Source of the DNA: Lachnospiraceae bacterium
GTDB lineage: Bacteria > Bacillota > Clostridia > Lachnospirales > Lachnospiraceae
Length of the DNA stretch: 64,000 bases
Direction: 5' to 3'
Assembly (NCBI GenBank): GCA_016283575.1
Contig: JAEEND010000027.1
Location: 2,711 to 66,710 of the forward strand
The notes below the pieces were generated by a model. That model had not been told where the DNA came from. It searched no databases and saw nothing but the letters and a program-made list of their open reading frames with translations. Position numbers and translations under genes: made by a program. Shown in pieces: positions 7,899 through 15,485 of this stretch; position 1 is the first letter of the stretch; every line of letters begins with the position of its first letter.

Positions 7899-8972
7899 TT
7901 AGCCAAGTAAGCTGAGAACACCCTGGTTAGACTGGTTAGCCTGTGCAAGCATTGCCTGTCCTGCCTGACTGAGGATGTTATTGTTAGAATATCTAACCAT
8001 CTCAGTTGCCATATCTGTATCACGGATAGCAGATTCAGCGGATGTTGTGTTTTCAACTACGTTGTCAAGGTTGTTGATTGTGTGATCAAGTCTGTTCTGT
8101 ACAGCACCGAGTGCGGATCTCTGAGTAGAAATCTTCTGGATTGCTGCCTTGATGGTTTCGATTGCATTGAGTGCATTTGTGTCATCAGCACCATCTACCT
8201 TAAGGCCGTTAACTCCAATTCCCTTAGCGCTCATTGCGTTAAGATCAACTGAAATCTGGTTGTTGGATGTTGCGTCTGCACCAACATGAAGCTTAAGAGT
8301 AAGAGGTCCGCTGTAAGCGTTAGCGTTATCTGCTGTAATCTTTGCATAAGCTGCATTAGCTGCGTATTCAGTGCCTGCTGCATTATACAGTTTCTTTCCG
8401 TCTGCATATGTTGTACCATTCTTAAAATAGTCAGCAAGTGCATTCTCAGAAATCTTGTTGCCGTTTGCATCATATAATGCATTATCCTTGGTGGCTTCGT
8501 AATCAGCAGGATCAACTGCAGCTGCATACTTGAAAGGTGTTACAGTAGTGCTCTTGTCACCCTTAAGTAAGTAGGTTTCGTTGAACTTTGTGGTTTCTGC
8601 TACTCTGTCAATTTCAGATACAAGCTGATCGATTTCGTTCTGGATGTAAGTACGGTCATCTGTTGAGTTTGTACCGTTAGCGGACTTAACTGCAAGTTCG
8701 TTCATTCTCTGAAGCATGTCCTGAACTTCGTTTAATGCGCCTTCAGCTGTCTGTACTGCTGAGATACCATCCTGTGCATTTGCAGAAGCCTGTGTAAGAC
8801 CTCTGATCTGCTTACGCATCTTTTCGGAAATTGATAATCCTGCTGCATCATCTGCTGCACGGTTGATCTTAAATCCTGAAGAAAGCTTCTCAGTTGACTT
8901 TGCCTGTGTCTTTGTGTTGACATTGAGCATACGATTTGAGTTCATCGCTGTTAAATTGTGTTGTACTACCAT
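7899..8972 (-). CDS. fliC: Flagellin, short class S (357 aa, Cys-free)
   Basis: Flagellin termini. It has the shortest variable centre, with LYDANGNKISENAL. Confidence 0.95.
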   Translation of the reverse strand: MVVQHNLTAMNSNRMLNVNTKTQAKSTEKLSSGFKINRAADDAAGLSISEKMRKQIRGLTQASANAQDGISAVQTAEGALNEVQDMLQRMNELAVKSANGTNSTDDRTYIQNEIDQLVSEIDRVAETTKFNETYLLKGDKSTTVTPFKYAAAVDPADYEATKDNALYDANGNKISENALADYFKNGTTYADGKKLYNAAGTEYAANAAYAKITADNANAYSGPLTLKLHVGADATSNNQISVDLNAMSAKGIGVNGLKVDGADDTNALNAIETIKAAIQKISTQRSALGAVQNRLDHTINNLDNVVENTTSAESAIRDTDMATEMVRYSNNNILSQAGQAMLAQANQSNQGVLSLLG

Positions 8973-9007
8973 ATTTTTTTCCTCCTTGATGATAGATAGT
9001 TAGTTAC

Positions 9008-9023
9008 CAGGCTTCCTTGCCTG
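9008..9023 (-). promoter_or_regulatory. Leader hairpin with GGA in the loop (CsrA-site-like)
   Basis: Minus strand caggcAAGGAAgcctg. The SD is CAAGGAGGAA. Confidence 0.45.
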
Positions 9024-9030
9024 TCGTTGG

Positions 9031-9113
9031 ATAATTAACCTGGCGGTTAATTATCATGTATAATCAACCTTTCGGTGGATTATCGTGTATGATCAACCCT
9101 TTCGGGAGATTAT
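9031..9113. repeat. Three tandem AT-clamped hairpins
   Basis: ATAATTAACC-tggc-GGTTAATTAT (9031-9054), ataatcaacc-tttc-ggtggattat (9060-9083), atgatcaaccc-tttc-gggagattat (9089-9113). Confidence 0.8.
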
Positions 9114-9296
9114 CCTAAGTCATATTTCAGAAACAAAAATAAACGAAAATCTTAATCTTCGCCTCGGATAGTAGTTTTTACTTAAATTGGGGGTGGGAAA
9201 TAAAGTCACGAATAAGAAATGCGATGCATTCCTCGTGTAAAAATAATCTAGAAACATCCTCCATGATGTAAAAACAACCTCCGTGTTGTTATATCG

Positions 9297-9325
9297 ATTA
9301 TACTATTTAATATTCTTTTTGTACA
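9297..9325 (-). promoter_or_regulatory. Possible sigma-A-type promoter inside the 523-bp flagellin spacer
   Basis: Minus strand TGTACA-N17-TATAAT (-35 at 9320-9325, -10 at 9297-9302). Confidence 0.35.
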
Positions 9326-9378
9326 GTACTCCTAATTGTGTGCACCGTTGATAAATGTACCAAATGTTGGGATTTTCC

Positions 9379-9400
9379 CGGTTCAGGTTTCCCTGAACCG
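9379..9400 (-). other. GC-rich stem-loop after flagellin 9496-10779
   Basis: CGGTTCAGG-tttc-CCTGAACCG, a perfect 9-bp stem with no U-tract on the coding strand. Confidence 0.5.
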
Positions 9401-9495
9401 AGTTTATTATCCCACATGATGATTAATATCTTATTAAAATTAAAAGAAATTAATCTTGAATAACCCTTTAAGAATTATTCATATACAATCAGCTA

Positions 9496-10779
9496 TTAAC
9501 CAAGTAAACTAAGTACACCCTGATTGGTCTGGTTAGCCTGTGCGAGCATTGACTGTCCTGCCTGAGCAAGGATGTTATTGTTCGAATATCTAACCATTTC
9601 AGTTGCCATATCTGTATCACGGATACCGGATTCAGCAGATGTGGTATTTTCAACTACGTTATCAAGGTTGTTGATTGTGTGGTCCAGTCTGTTCTGAACT
9701 GCACCGAGTGCAGATCTCTGAGTGGAAATCTTCTGGATTGCTGACTTGATGGTCTCAATCGCATAACGAGCATTTGTATCATCAGCGCCGTCTACTTTAA
9801 GATCTTTAACGCCGATACTCTTAGCGCTCATAGATTCCAAAGTAACAGAAATCTGGTTGTTTGATGTTGCGTCAGCACCTACATGAAGTTTAAGGGTTAA
9901 TGCATCGGTTAAATCCTTGGTTGCTGTAGGTAAATAGTTAGCGAGGTTAGCAGCACGTAACTGTGTGCCCTTTTCGTCGATATAAACCTTAGCATTAGTC
10001 TTAAGAGAAACTACTCCTGCATCACTTACATCGAAGTATTTATCAAGACCGTTATCAGGGATTCTGTTTCCGTTTGAGTCGTATAAAGCTGCGCCATATT
10101 CGAATGTAGCTTCATCAAAATGAGCCTTCTTGGATGCTGCTTCGTATACGAGTCTGTCGCCGGCCTTAGCATTAGCGATATCTGCTACACCATAAGCGGT
10201 GAAGTTTGCTACAGCTGCAGAATCTGTGCTTCCTTCTTCAAACCAAGCTGTTCCGTCAAATACGAAAGTCTTGTCTGCGGTTGCTGTTCCTGCTGTAAAT
10301 GTAGCTGTTGCTGCAGCATCGGTAACTGCCTTAGCTTTTAAGGAATACTTTGCGTTAGCATCTGTTCCCTTAAGTAAGTAAGTTTCGTTGAACTTTGTTG
10401 TCTCAGCTACACGATCAATTTCAGAAACAAGCTGATCGATTTCGTTCTGGATATAGGTACGGTCATCAGTAGAGTTGGTGCCGTTAGCTGCTTTAACTGC
10501 AAGTTCGTTCATTCTCTGAAGCATGTCCTGAACTTCGTTTAATGCACCTTCAGCTGTCTGTACTGCTGAAATACCATCCTGTGCGTTAGCGGAAGCCTGT
10601 GTAAGACCTCTGATCTGCTTACGCATCTTTTCACTGATTGATAAGCCTGCTGCATCATCTGCCGCACGGTTAATCTTGTAACCGGATGAAAGCTTTTCTG
10701 TTGACTTTGTCTGAGACTTAACCGTAAGGTTTAACATACGGTTAGAATTCATTGCTGTTAAGTTGTGTTGTACTACCAT
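9496..10779 (-). CDS. fliC: Flagellin, short class S (427 aa from the MVVQ start, Cys-free)
   Basis: The ORF track starts at 10794 (MEEKIM...). That upstream ATGGAGGA is actually the SD for the conserved MVVQHNL start at 10779. Confidence 0.93.
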   Translation of the reverse strand: MVVQHNLTAMNSNRMLNLTVKSQTKSTEKLSSGYKINRAADDAAGLSISEKMRKQIRGLTQASANAQDGISAVQTAEGALNEVQDMLQRMNELAVKAANGTNSTDDRTYIQNEIDQLVSEIDRVAETTKFNETYLLKGTDANAKYSLKAKAVTDAAATATFTAGTATADKTFVFDGTAWFEEGSTDSAAVANFTAYGVADIANAKAGDRLVYEAASKKAHFDEATFEYGAALYDSNGNRIPDNGLDKYFDVSDAGVVSLKTNAKVYIDEKGTQLRAANLANYLPTATKDLTDALTLKLHVGADATSNNQISVTLESMSAKSIGVKDLKVDGADDTNARYAIETIKSAIQKISTQRSALGAVQNRLDHTINNLDNVVENTTSAESGIRDTDMATEMVRYSNNNILAQAGQSMLAQANQTNQGVLSLLG

Positions 10780-10808
10780 TATTTTTTCCTCCATGAAAAA
10801 TTGTTCTA

Positions 10809-10824
10809 CACGATTCCATTCGTG
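10809..10824 (-). promoter_or_regulatory. Leader hairpin with GGA in the loop (CsrA-site-like)
   Basis: Minus strand cacgaATGGAAtcgtg. The SD is CATGGAGGAA. Confidence 0.45.
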
Positions 10825-10850
10825 CGTTAAAATTAGCTAATTGTATTTGT

Positions 10851-10927
10851 ATAATAATTTTTTGGCTACGCCAAAAAAGTTATTATCGTGTATAATAATG
10901 TTCCGGCTAAGCTGAAACAGTTATTAT
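10851..10927. repeat. Two tandem AT-clamped hairpins
   Basis: ataataattttttgg-ctacg-ccaaaaaagttattat (10851-10886) and ataataatgtt..aacagttattat (10892-10927). A further GC-rich hairpin lies around 10940-10980. Confidence 0.7.
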
Positions 10928-10993
10928 CGATGTTAATGTCTATAGCCACCCGGCCCTTAAAGGGCCGCGGTGATTATAGAATTGTGTTTTTAA

Positions 10994-12565
10994 TTATCCG
11001 AGTAAACTGAGTACTCCCTGGTTAGCCTGGTTGGACTGAGCGAGCATTGCCTGTCCTGCCTGAGCTAAGATGTTGTTATTGGAATAAGATACCATTTCCT
11101 TAGCCATATCTGTATCACGGATTGCAGATTCAGCTGCTGTTGTGTTTTCAACTACGTTATCAAGGTTGTTGATGGTATGTTCAAGTCTGTTCTGAACTGC
11201 ACCGAATCTTGAACGCTGTGTTGATACGGACTGAATAGCTGACTTAACTGCATCTATGCAGAGAAGAGCTTTTTCAGCTGTAGTAACGTCTGCAAGATTT
11301 CTTTCTGCTACGTTTTCTGTTCTCCAGTCATACTTGTAACTCTTTAATCCTAATGCAAATGTAGAAAGGTTACCAAGTTCAAGTTCGATCTGGTTGTTGC
11401 TTGTTGCATCTGCGCCAACGTGAAGCTTCATCTTTTCGTTAACTTCTTTAGCTTCAACGCCCTTGCCTACGTAACCGTTAGCAAAACCGCCGGAACCCAT
11501 ATATCCTTCTGCCTGAACACCGGCACCGCTACCACCATCTGTATCAAAAAGAACAAGTTTACCTGTCTGATCGTTACCGCCGATTGCTACGTGATGCCAG
11601 CTAGTGTTTGTATCGTTAAGGATCGCTCCGTCTGTTCTGCCGGTTCCACCCATGTTGTAAGAAGCTGCTCCACCTGAATAAGTGGTTCCGTTATATAATG
11701 CATATGCCTTCATAACCGCATTAACAACGTCTTTACCATTATTACATCCGGATATATCAATCCAAAGAGTATCACCACCCTGAGCATTACCGTGAGCTTT
11801 GTAGCCGTTAGCGTTTAATCCAAGATCTGCGCCGTCATCTACAAACTTAATGCTGTAGAATGTGGAGCAAGCCATACATGTTGCGGAAATACCGCAGCCA
11901 TATAATTCTTCGACGCCTGCCTTAGTTGTTACATTTGATAAATCAAGGAATCCTGCTGCATAAGTCCCTGAACTGAGAGTAATGTCTGAACCGTTATCAC
12001 CATTAACAGTAGTCGCACCTGCTACGGCTGTAACTTCCGCCTGACTATGTGTACCTAGTGAATGGTTTGTAAGAAGGTCTGCGTTGGTTCCGACAATAGT
12101 TTCGTCCAACTGTCCCTGGAAGCCGCCATCTCCTTCTTCAACTTCATAAGTACCGTTTAACAAATATGTTTCGTTGAACTTTGTAGTATGAGCTACACGA
12201 TCGATTTCTGTCATGAGCTGATCTACTTCGTTCTGGATGTATCCGCGGTCATCAGAACTTAATGTGCCGTTAGCTGCCTTAACTGCAAGTTCGTTCATTC
12301 TCTGAAGCATGTCCTGAACTTCGTTTAATGCACCTTCAGCTGTCTGTACCATTGAGATACCGTCCTGTGCGTTGGCAGATGCCTGTGTAAGACCACGAAT
12401 CTGCTTACGCATCTTTTCACTGATTGATAAGCCTGCTGCATCGTCGGCTGCACGGTTAATGCGATAACCGGACGAAAGCTTTTCTGTTGAACCCGCCTGT
12501 GACTTAACTGTTAAGTTAAGCATTCGATTGGAGTTCATTGCTGTTAGGTTGTGTTGTACTACCAT
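10994..12565 (-). CDS. fliC: Flagellin, long class L (523 aa)
   Basis: Flagellin termini plus class-L insert motifs (SATCMACSTFYSIKFVDD, ISGCNNGKDV, WHHVAIGG, LLCIDAVK). Confidence 0.95.
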   Translation of the reverse strand: MVVQHNLTAMNSNRMLNLTVKSQAGSTEKLSSGYRINRAADDAAGLSISEKMRKQIRGLTQASANAQDGISMVQTAEGALNEVQDMLQRMNELAVKAANGTLSSDDRGYIQNEVDQLMTEIDRVAHTTKFNETYLLNGTYEVEEGDGGFQGQLDETIVGTNADLLTNHSLGTHSQAEVTAVAGATTVNGDNGSDITLSSGTYAAGFLDLSNVTTKAGVEELYGCGISATCMACSTFYSIKFVDDGADLGLNANGYKAHGNAQGGDTLWIDISGCNNGKDVVNAVMKAYALYNGTTYSGGAASYNMGGTGRTDGAILNDTNTSWHHVAIGGNDQTGKLVLFDTDGGSGAGVQAEGYMGSGGFANGYVGKGVEAKEVNEKMKLHVGADATSNNQIELELGNLSTFALGLKSYKYDWRTENVAERNLADVTTAEKALLCIDAVKSAIQSVSTQRSRFGAVQNRLEHTINNLDNVVENTTAAESAIRDTDMAKEMVSYSNNNILAQAGQAMLAQSNQANQGVLSLLG

Positions 12566-12594
12566 AAATACTTACCTCCTTGTAGTATGTACTG

Positions 12595-12610
12595 TGAGCC
12601 TCCTTGCTCA
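12595..12610 (-). promoter_or_regulatory. Leader hairpin with GGA in the loop (CsrA-site-like)
   Basis: Minus strand tgagcAAGGAGgctca. A second GGA hairpin (agcc..AGGAtggct) lies at 12622-12638. The SD is CAAGGAGGTA. Confidence 0.45.
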
Positions 12611-12657
12611 TTTGCGAAGTCAGCCATCCTATTTGGCTATTATGTGTCCTAATACTT

Positions 12658-12684
12658 ATATCGGCTTAAACTCCGCGTACTTTA
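12658..12684 (-). promoter_or_regulatory. Canonical SigD/sigma-28 promoter of flagellin 10994-12565
   Basis: Minus strand TAAA-gtacgcggagtttaa-GCCGATAT, an exact match to the TAAA-N15-GCCGATAT consensus. Confidence 0.8.
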
Positions 12685-12738
12685 CACCCTATTTAACCCT
12701 TTATGCCATATTCTCAAAAGTTCGACGATTAGAACAAT

Positions 12739-13188
12739 TTATTTAAGGTCATTGTACTTCATTGCCCTTGTGTAACTGCTTACGGCATTGGCAGTTGAGC
12801 GCTGAGCCTTAATCTTCTTCTTCTCGTCTTTAAATATATGTTCCAAAGCCTGTTTGTTTCGCTGTTCATCCGCCATGATAAGCGCGCTTTTATCAGTAAT
12901 TTCCCTGATAAGTTTTTGCATGGCTGCAATCTCAGCGGCGAATCGGGACTTGTTTTTATCAAGTTCCTCCTTCACCTTTTCATACAGACTTTCGAAGCCT
13001 TCATCAAGCTTGTTAAGCTTAAAGATGAGTACGCCTTTGTCTTCCACAGTCTTGTCGAATCTGCCAAAAGAAAAAGGTTCCTCTTTCAGTACTGCTTCCT
13101 GTTCTTTATTCTTTTCAATAATGTCGTCCAAAACCTTTACTTTCTTTTCAAGGCTTTCAACTAAAGCTACTACGTATGTCTTTTCCAT
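12739..13188 (-). CDS. Helical 149-aa protein in the fliT position (putative flagellar chaperone)
   Basis: Its start overlaps the fliS stop (TAATG). The protein is charged and coiled-coil-like, and the gene order flaG-fliD-fliS-X matches B. subtilis fliT. No diagnostic motif was seen. Confidence 0.5.
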   Translation of the reverse strand: MEKTYVVALVESLEKKVKVLDDIIEKNKEQEAVLKEEPFSFGRFDKTVEDKGVLIFKLNKLDEGFESLYEKVKEELDKNKSRFAAEIAAMQKLIREITDKSALIMADEQRNKQALEHIFKDEKKKIKAQRSTANAVSSYTRAMKYNDLK

Positions 13189-13565
13189 TATGACGCCTTT
13201 GCCTGCTTCATGACTTCTTTCCAGGTATCTCTTACGGAGCGAAGATGCATAAGCACTTCTTCCATGGCCTCTTTATCCTTACGGGTATTGGCCACAAGAA
13301 GTCTCTGTGAAAGATATACATAAATCCTTTCAAAGTCTTTGGCTACTTCGAACCGCATGTCCAGAGTCTCACGAAGATAGTCTATGATCTTCTCCACTTT
13401 AACTATGTTGACGTGAGCGCCTTCGATATCACCCTGATCGATCTTCATGATCGCGATGTTACCGAATTTGATCGCACCTTCATAGAGGAGCAGAGTAAGT
13501 TCCGCAGGGGACGCGGTCAACACTTTTGAATTACTGTATTGTGCGTATGCGTTAGGTATTGCCAT
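13188..13565 (-). CDS. fliS: Flagellin-specific export chaperone FliS
   Basis: 125 aa with YSNSKVLTASPAELTLLLYEGAIKF, typical of FliS, located directly after fliD. Confidence 0.9.
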   Translation of the reverse strand: MAIPNAYAQYSNSKVLTASPAELTLLLYEGAIKFGNIAIMKIDQGDIEGAHVNIVKVEKIIDYLRETLDMRFEVAKDFERIYVYLSQRLLVANTRKDKEAMEEVLMHLRSVRDTWKEVMKQAKAS

Positions 13566-13579
13566 AATCTAATCTCCTT

Positions 13580-15421
13580 TTAATTACCGCCGCCAAGCAT
13601 GGAGGTAATTGAACTGGTTGATGACTGGAGCTTTGAAAGTGCTACTTCCATAGCTGCGAATTTTGCGTAGTATTTGTCTTCGTAATCTGCAAGAGCTGCT
13701 TCAGCTTCTTTTACCTTATCCTTGTAGGATGTGGTAGTGGTCTTGTAAAGCTTGTCGTCATAGAAAGAACCTGCACTGGAATTTTCCGTGCCCTTGCTTA
13801 GATCCTGCATCTTTGCGTAAAGATCACGGGATAACTGTACGAAGAAGTTTACAACTTTGTCAGGGTCATTGGCGATGGCTGTTTTTAACTTATCAGCTTC
13901 GCCGGATACTGTAGCATCATCCTTATCACCGCTTATGTGATAAGCGTTCTTTTCATGGTCCGGTGCGATCATGTAGTTAAGTGTATTGATACCGAAGTCG
14001 GATAAATACATCTTGGTATCGCCTACGGTTGTTCCCTGAAGCATTATATTCTTCATTGCCTGAGAAAGAGTTCCGAGGGTGGAGTCACGACGAAGGAGGG
14101 AATCCTTAATGGTCTGCTCCCACTTTTCAATTTCTTTTTCAGACATATCTTCTTTTTCTTCATCGGTAAGGGGCTGATAAGTACGGGCAATGGGTGCATC
14201 GTAAAGCTTATCGAATTCATTTACCAGGGCATTGTATTCCTTGAAGAAATTCTTGATCATGTCATAAACGCCATCGGTATCTTCCTGAGTGGTGACTGTA
14301 ACGTCTTCAGCTTCGGAAAGACAGGTAAATGTAAGCCCGTTAACCTCCACGTTATTGGAGGATGAGGTATATTCAACACCGTTAAGAGTGATCAAAGCAT
14401 CCTGGCCTGCGATCTTAACCGCATCGCCAGTGTAAAAATCATCATAGGTGTTGCCTGTTGTGATTTCTGTTGCAAAAGAAACCTTATCATATAAACGGTT
14501 GAGAGCTGTTTCATAATCTTCAGCTTCCAAGCCGCCGTTCTTTATTTCCGCTTTAATAAGTTCGTATAATTCGCCTTCGGTTCCGATGGCATCCATTGTA
14601 GCAACTGCGTCAATGTTATCTTCACCGTCACGTACGATTACGCTATCTAAGCTTCCCTTGTAACCTGCCAGCTTCTGATACTCTGCGAGAGTTTTTGCAT
14701 TGGAATTAACTGCAGAATCGGTGCTTGTGCCAAGGGACTCGTTGATACCGAGGAGCGATATTGCAGCGAAGCCTACCGAATTATCGGCTGTAATGGAGAA
14801 ATCGTTGTCAGATCCGCTCTTTGCACTGGATATGAAGATTCTTCCGTTGGTTTCGTCGTAGTTTGCATCAACTCCGGCATCCTGAATCTTAGCGATAACA
14901 TCGGAGATCTTGGTATTTTCCGTGATCTCGATGCGGGTAACTTTATCTCCTGATGAAACTGTAAAAGAGCCTGTTCCCGTGATTTCAGGAAGACCTTCCT
15001 TGACTGTTCCGTCAGAGTTCTTTAATACAAGATCTTTTACAAGAGTTTCACCGGTAATGGCTGCGCCTTCTTTTTCGGAAAGCTTTGCGCCTGTCATGTA
15101 ACCGCTTTTAGCAAGTCTCTTAACGGAAAGAGTCTGCACACCGTTCATGGCCTTTTCACCTGTAATAACGGATACGGCAGAGGTATTGGAAACACTTGTG
15201 GTTTTCTTCTTATAGGAAGAAGAATATCTTAACTGTGAAAGGGAAGTATTGAAGAAGTTTTTGATCTTGGTATTTAAACCCGACCATGCTTCCTGCTTCC
15301 ATGTGTGTTTTGTCTGTTCTTTTTTTACTTTATCAACCTTGGTGGAGCGAGCCTTCACCAATTCTTCGATTATGGAATCTGTATCCAGTCCTGAATACAT
15401 TCCGCTTACTCTTAAGGGCAT
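13580..15421 (-). CDS. fliD: Flagellar filament cap protein FliD
   Basis: 613 aa with the N-terminus MPLRVSGMYSGLDTDSIIEELVKA and C-terminus YYAKFAAMEVALSKLQSS, characteristic of FliD. Confidence 0.92.
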   Translation of the reverse strand: MPLRVSGMYSGLDTDSIIEELVKARSTKVDKVKKEQTKHTWKQEAWSGLNTKIKNFFNTSLSQLRYSSSYKKKTTSVSNTSAVSVITGEKAMNGVQTLSVKRLAKSGYMTGAKLSEKEGAAITGETLVKDLVLKNSDGTVKEGLPEITGTGSFTVSSGDKVTRIEITENTKISDVIAKIQDAGVDANYDETNGRIFISSAKSGSDNDFSITADNSVGFAAISLLGINESLGTSTDSAVNSNAKTLAEYQKLAGYKGSLDSVIVRDGEDNIDAVATMDAIGTEGELYELIKAEIKNGGLEAEDYETALNRLYDKVSFATEITTGNTYDDFYTGDAVKIAGQDALITLNGVEYTSSSNNVEVNGLTFTCLSEAEDVTVTTQEDTDGVYDMIKNFFKEYNALVNEFDKLYDAPIARTYQPLTDEEKEDMSEKEIEKWEQTIKDSLLRRDSTLGTLSQAMKNIMLQGTTVGDTKMYLSDFGINTLNYMIAPDHEKNAYHISGDKDDATVSGEADKLKTAIANDPDKVVNFFVQLSRDLYAKMQDLSKGTENSSAGSFYDDKLYKTTTTSYKDKVKEAEAALADYEDKYYAKFAAMEVALSKLQSSTSSITSMLGGGN

Positions 15422-15485
15422 AAAAAACCTCCTTTTAACGACAACTAAAGGGTAGACTATCCCCTACCCACAGATTCTTGGTTAC

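Noticed and set aside
5102-9400. Calling the GC-rich inter-flagellin hairpins canonical intrinsic terminators
   Set aside because: None is followed by a U-tract on the coding (minus) strand, so they are annotated only as stem-loops of unknown role.
802-10381. Numerous 60-130 aa ORFs inside or antisense to flagellin genes (for example 802-1017, 2559-2951, 4802-4993, 6076-6267, 7171-7503, 7500-7691, 8732-8923, 10120-10341)
   Set aside because: All overlap strongly supported flagellin CDSs. Their sequences are low-complexity or Cys/Ser-rich frame artefacts, and they recur only because the underlying flagellin DNA is repeated.
10780-10794. N-terminal extensions proposed by the ORF track (MEEKIM- at 10794; also 15929 for flaG, 35539 for SPFH, 45447 for manC, 47416 and 43177)
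   Set aside because: In each case an internal ATG with a well-spaced GGAGG/AAGGAG SD gives the conserved family N-terminus. The extension either contains the SD itself or starts at a weak TTG or GTG.
1-12738. Phase-variable (invertible promoter) control of the flagellin array
   Set aside because: All inverted repeats found are local hairpins of 15-40 nt. No long-range inverted repeats bracket a promoter, and no site-specific recombinase gene is in the window.
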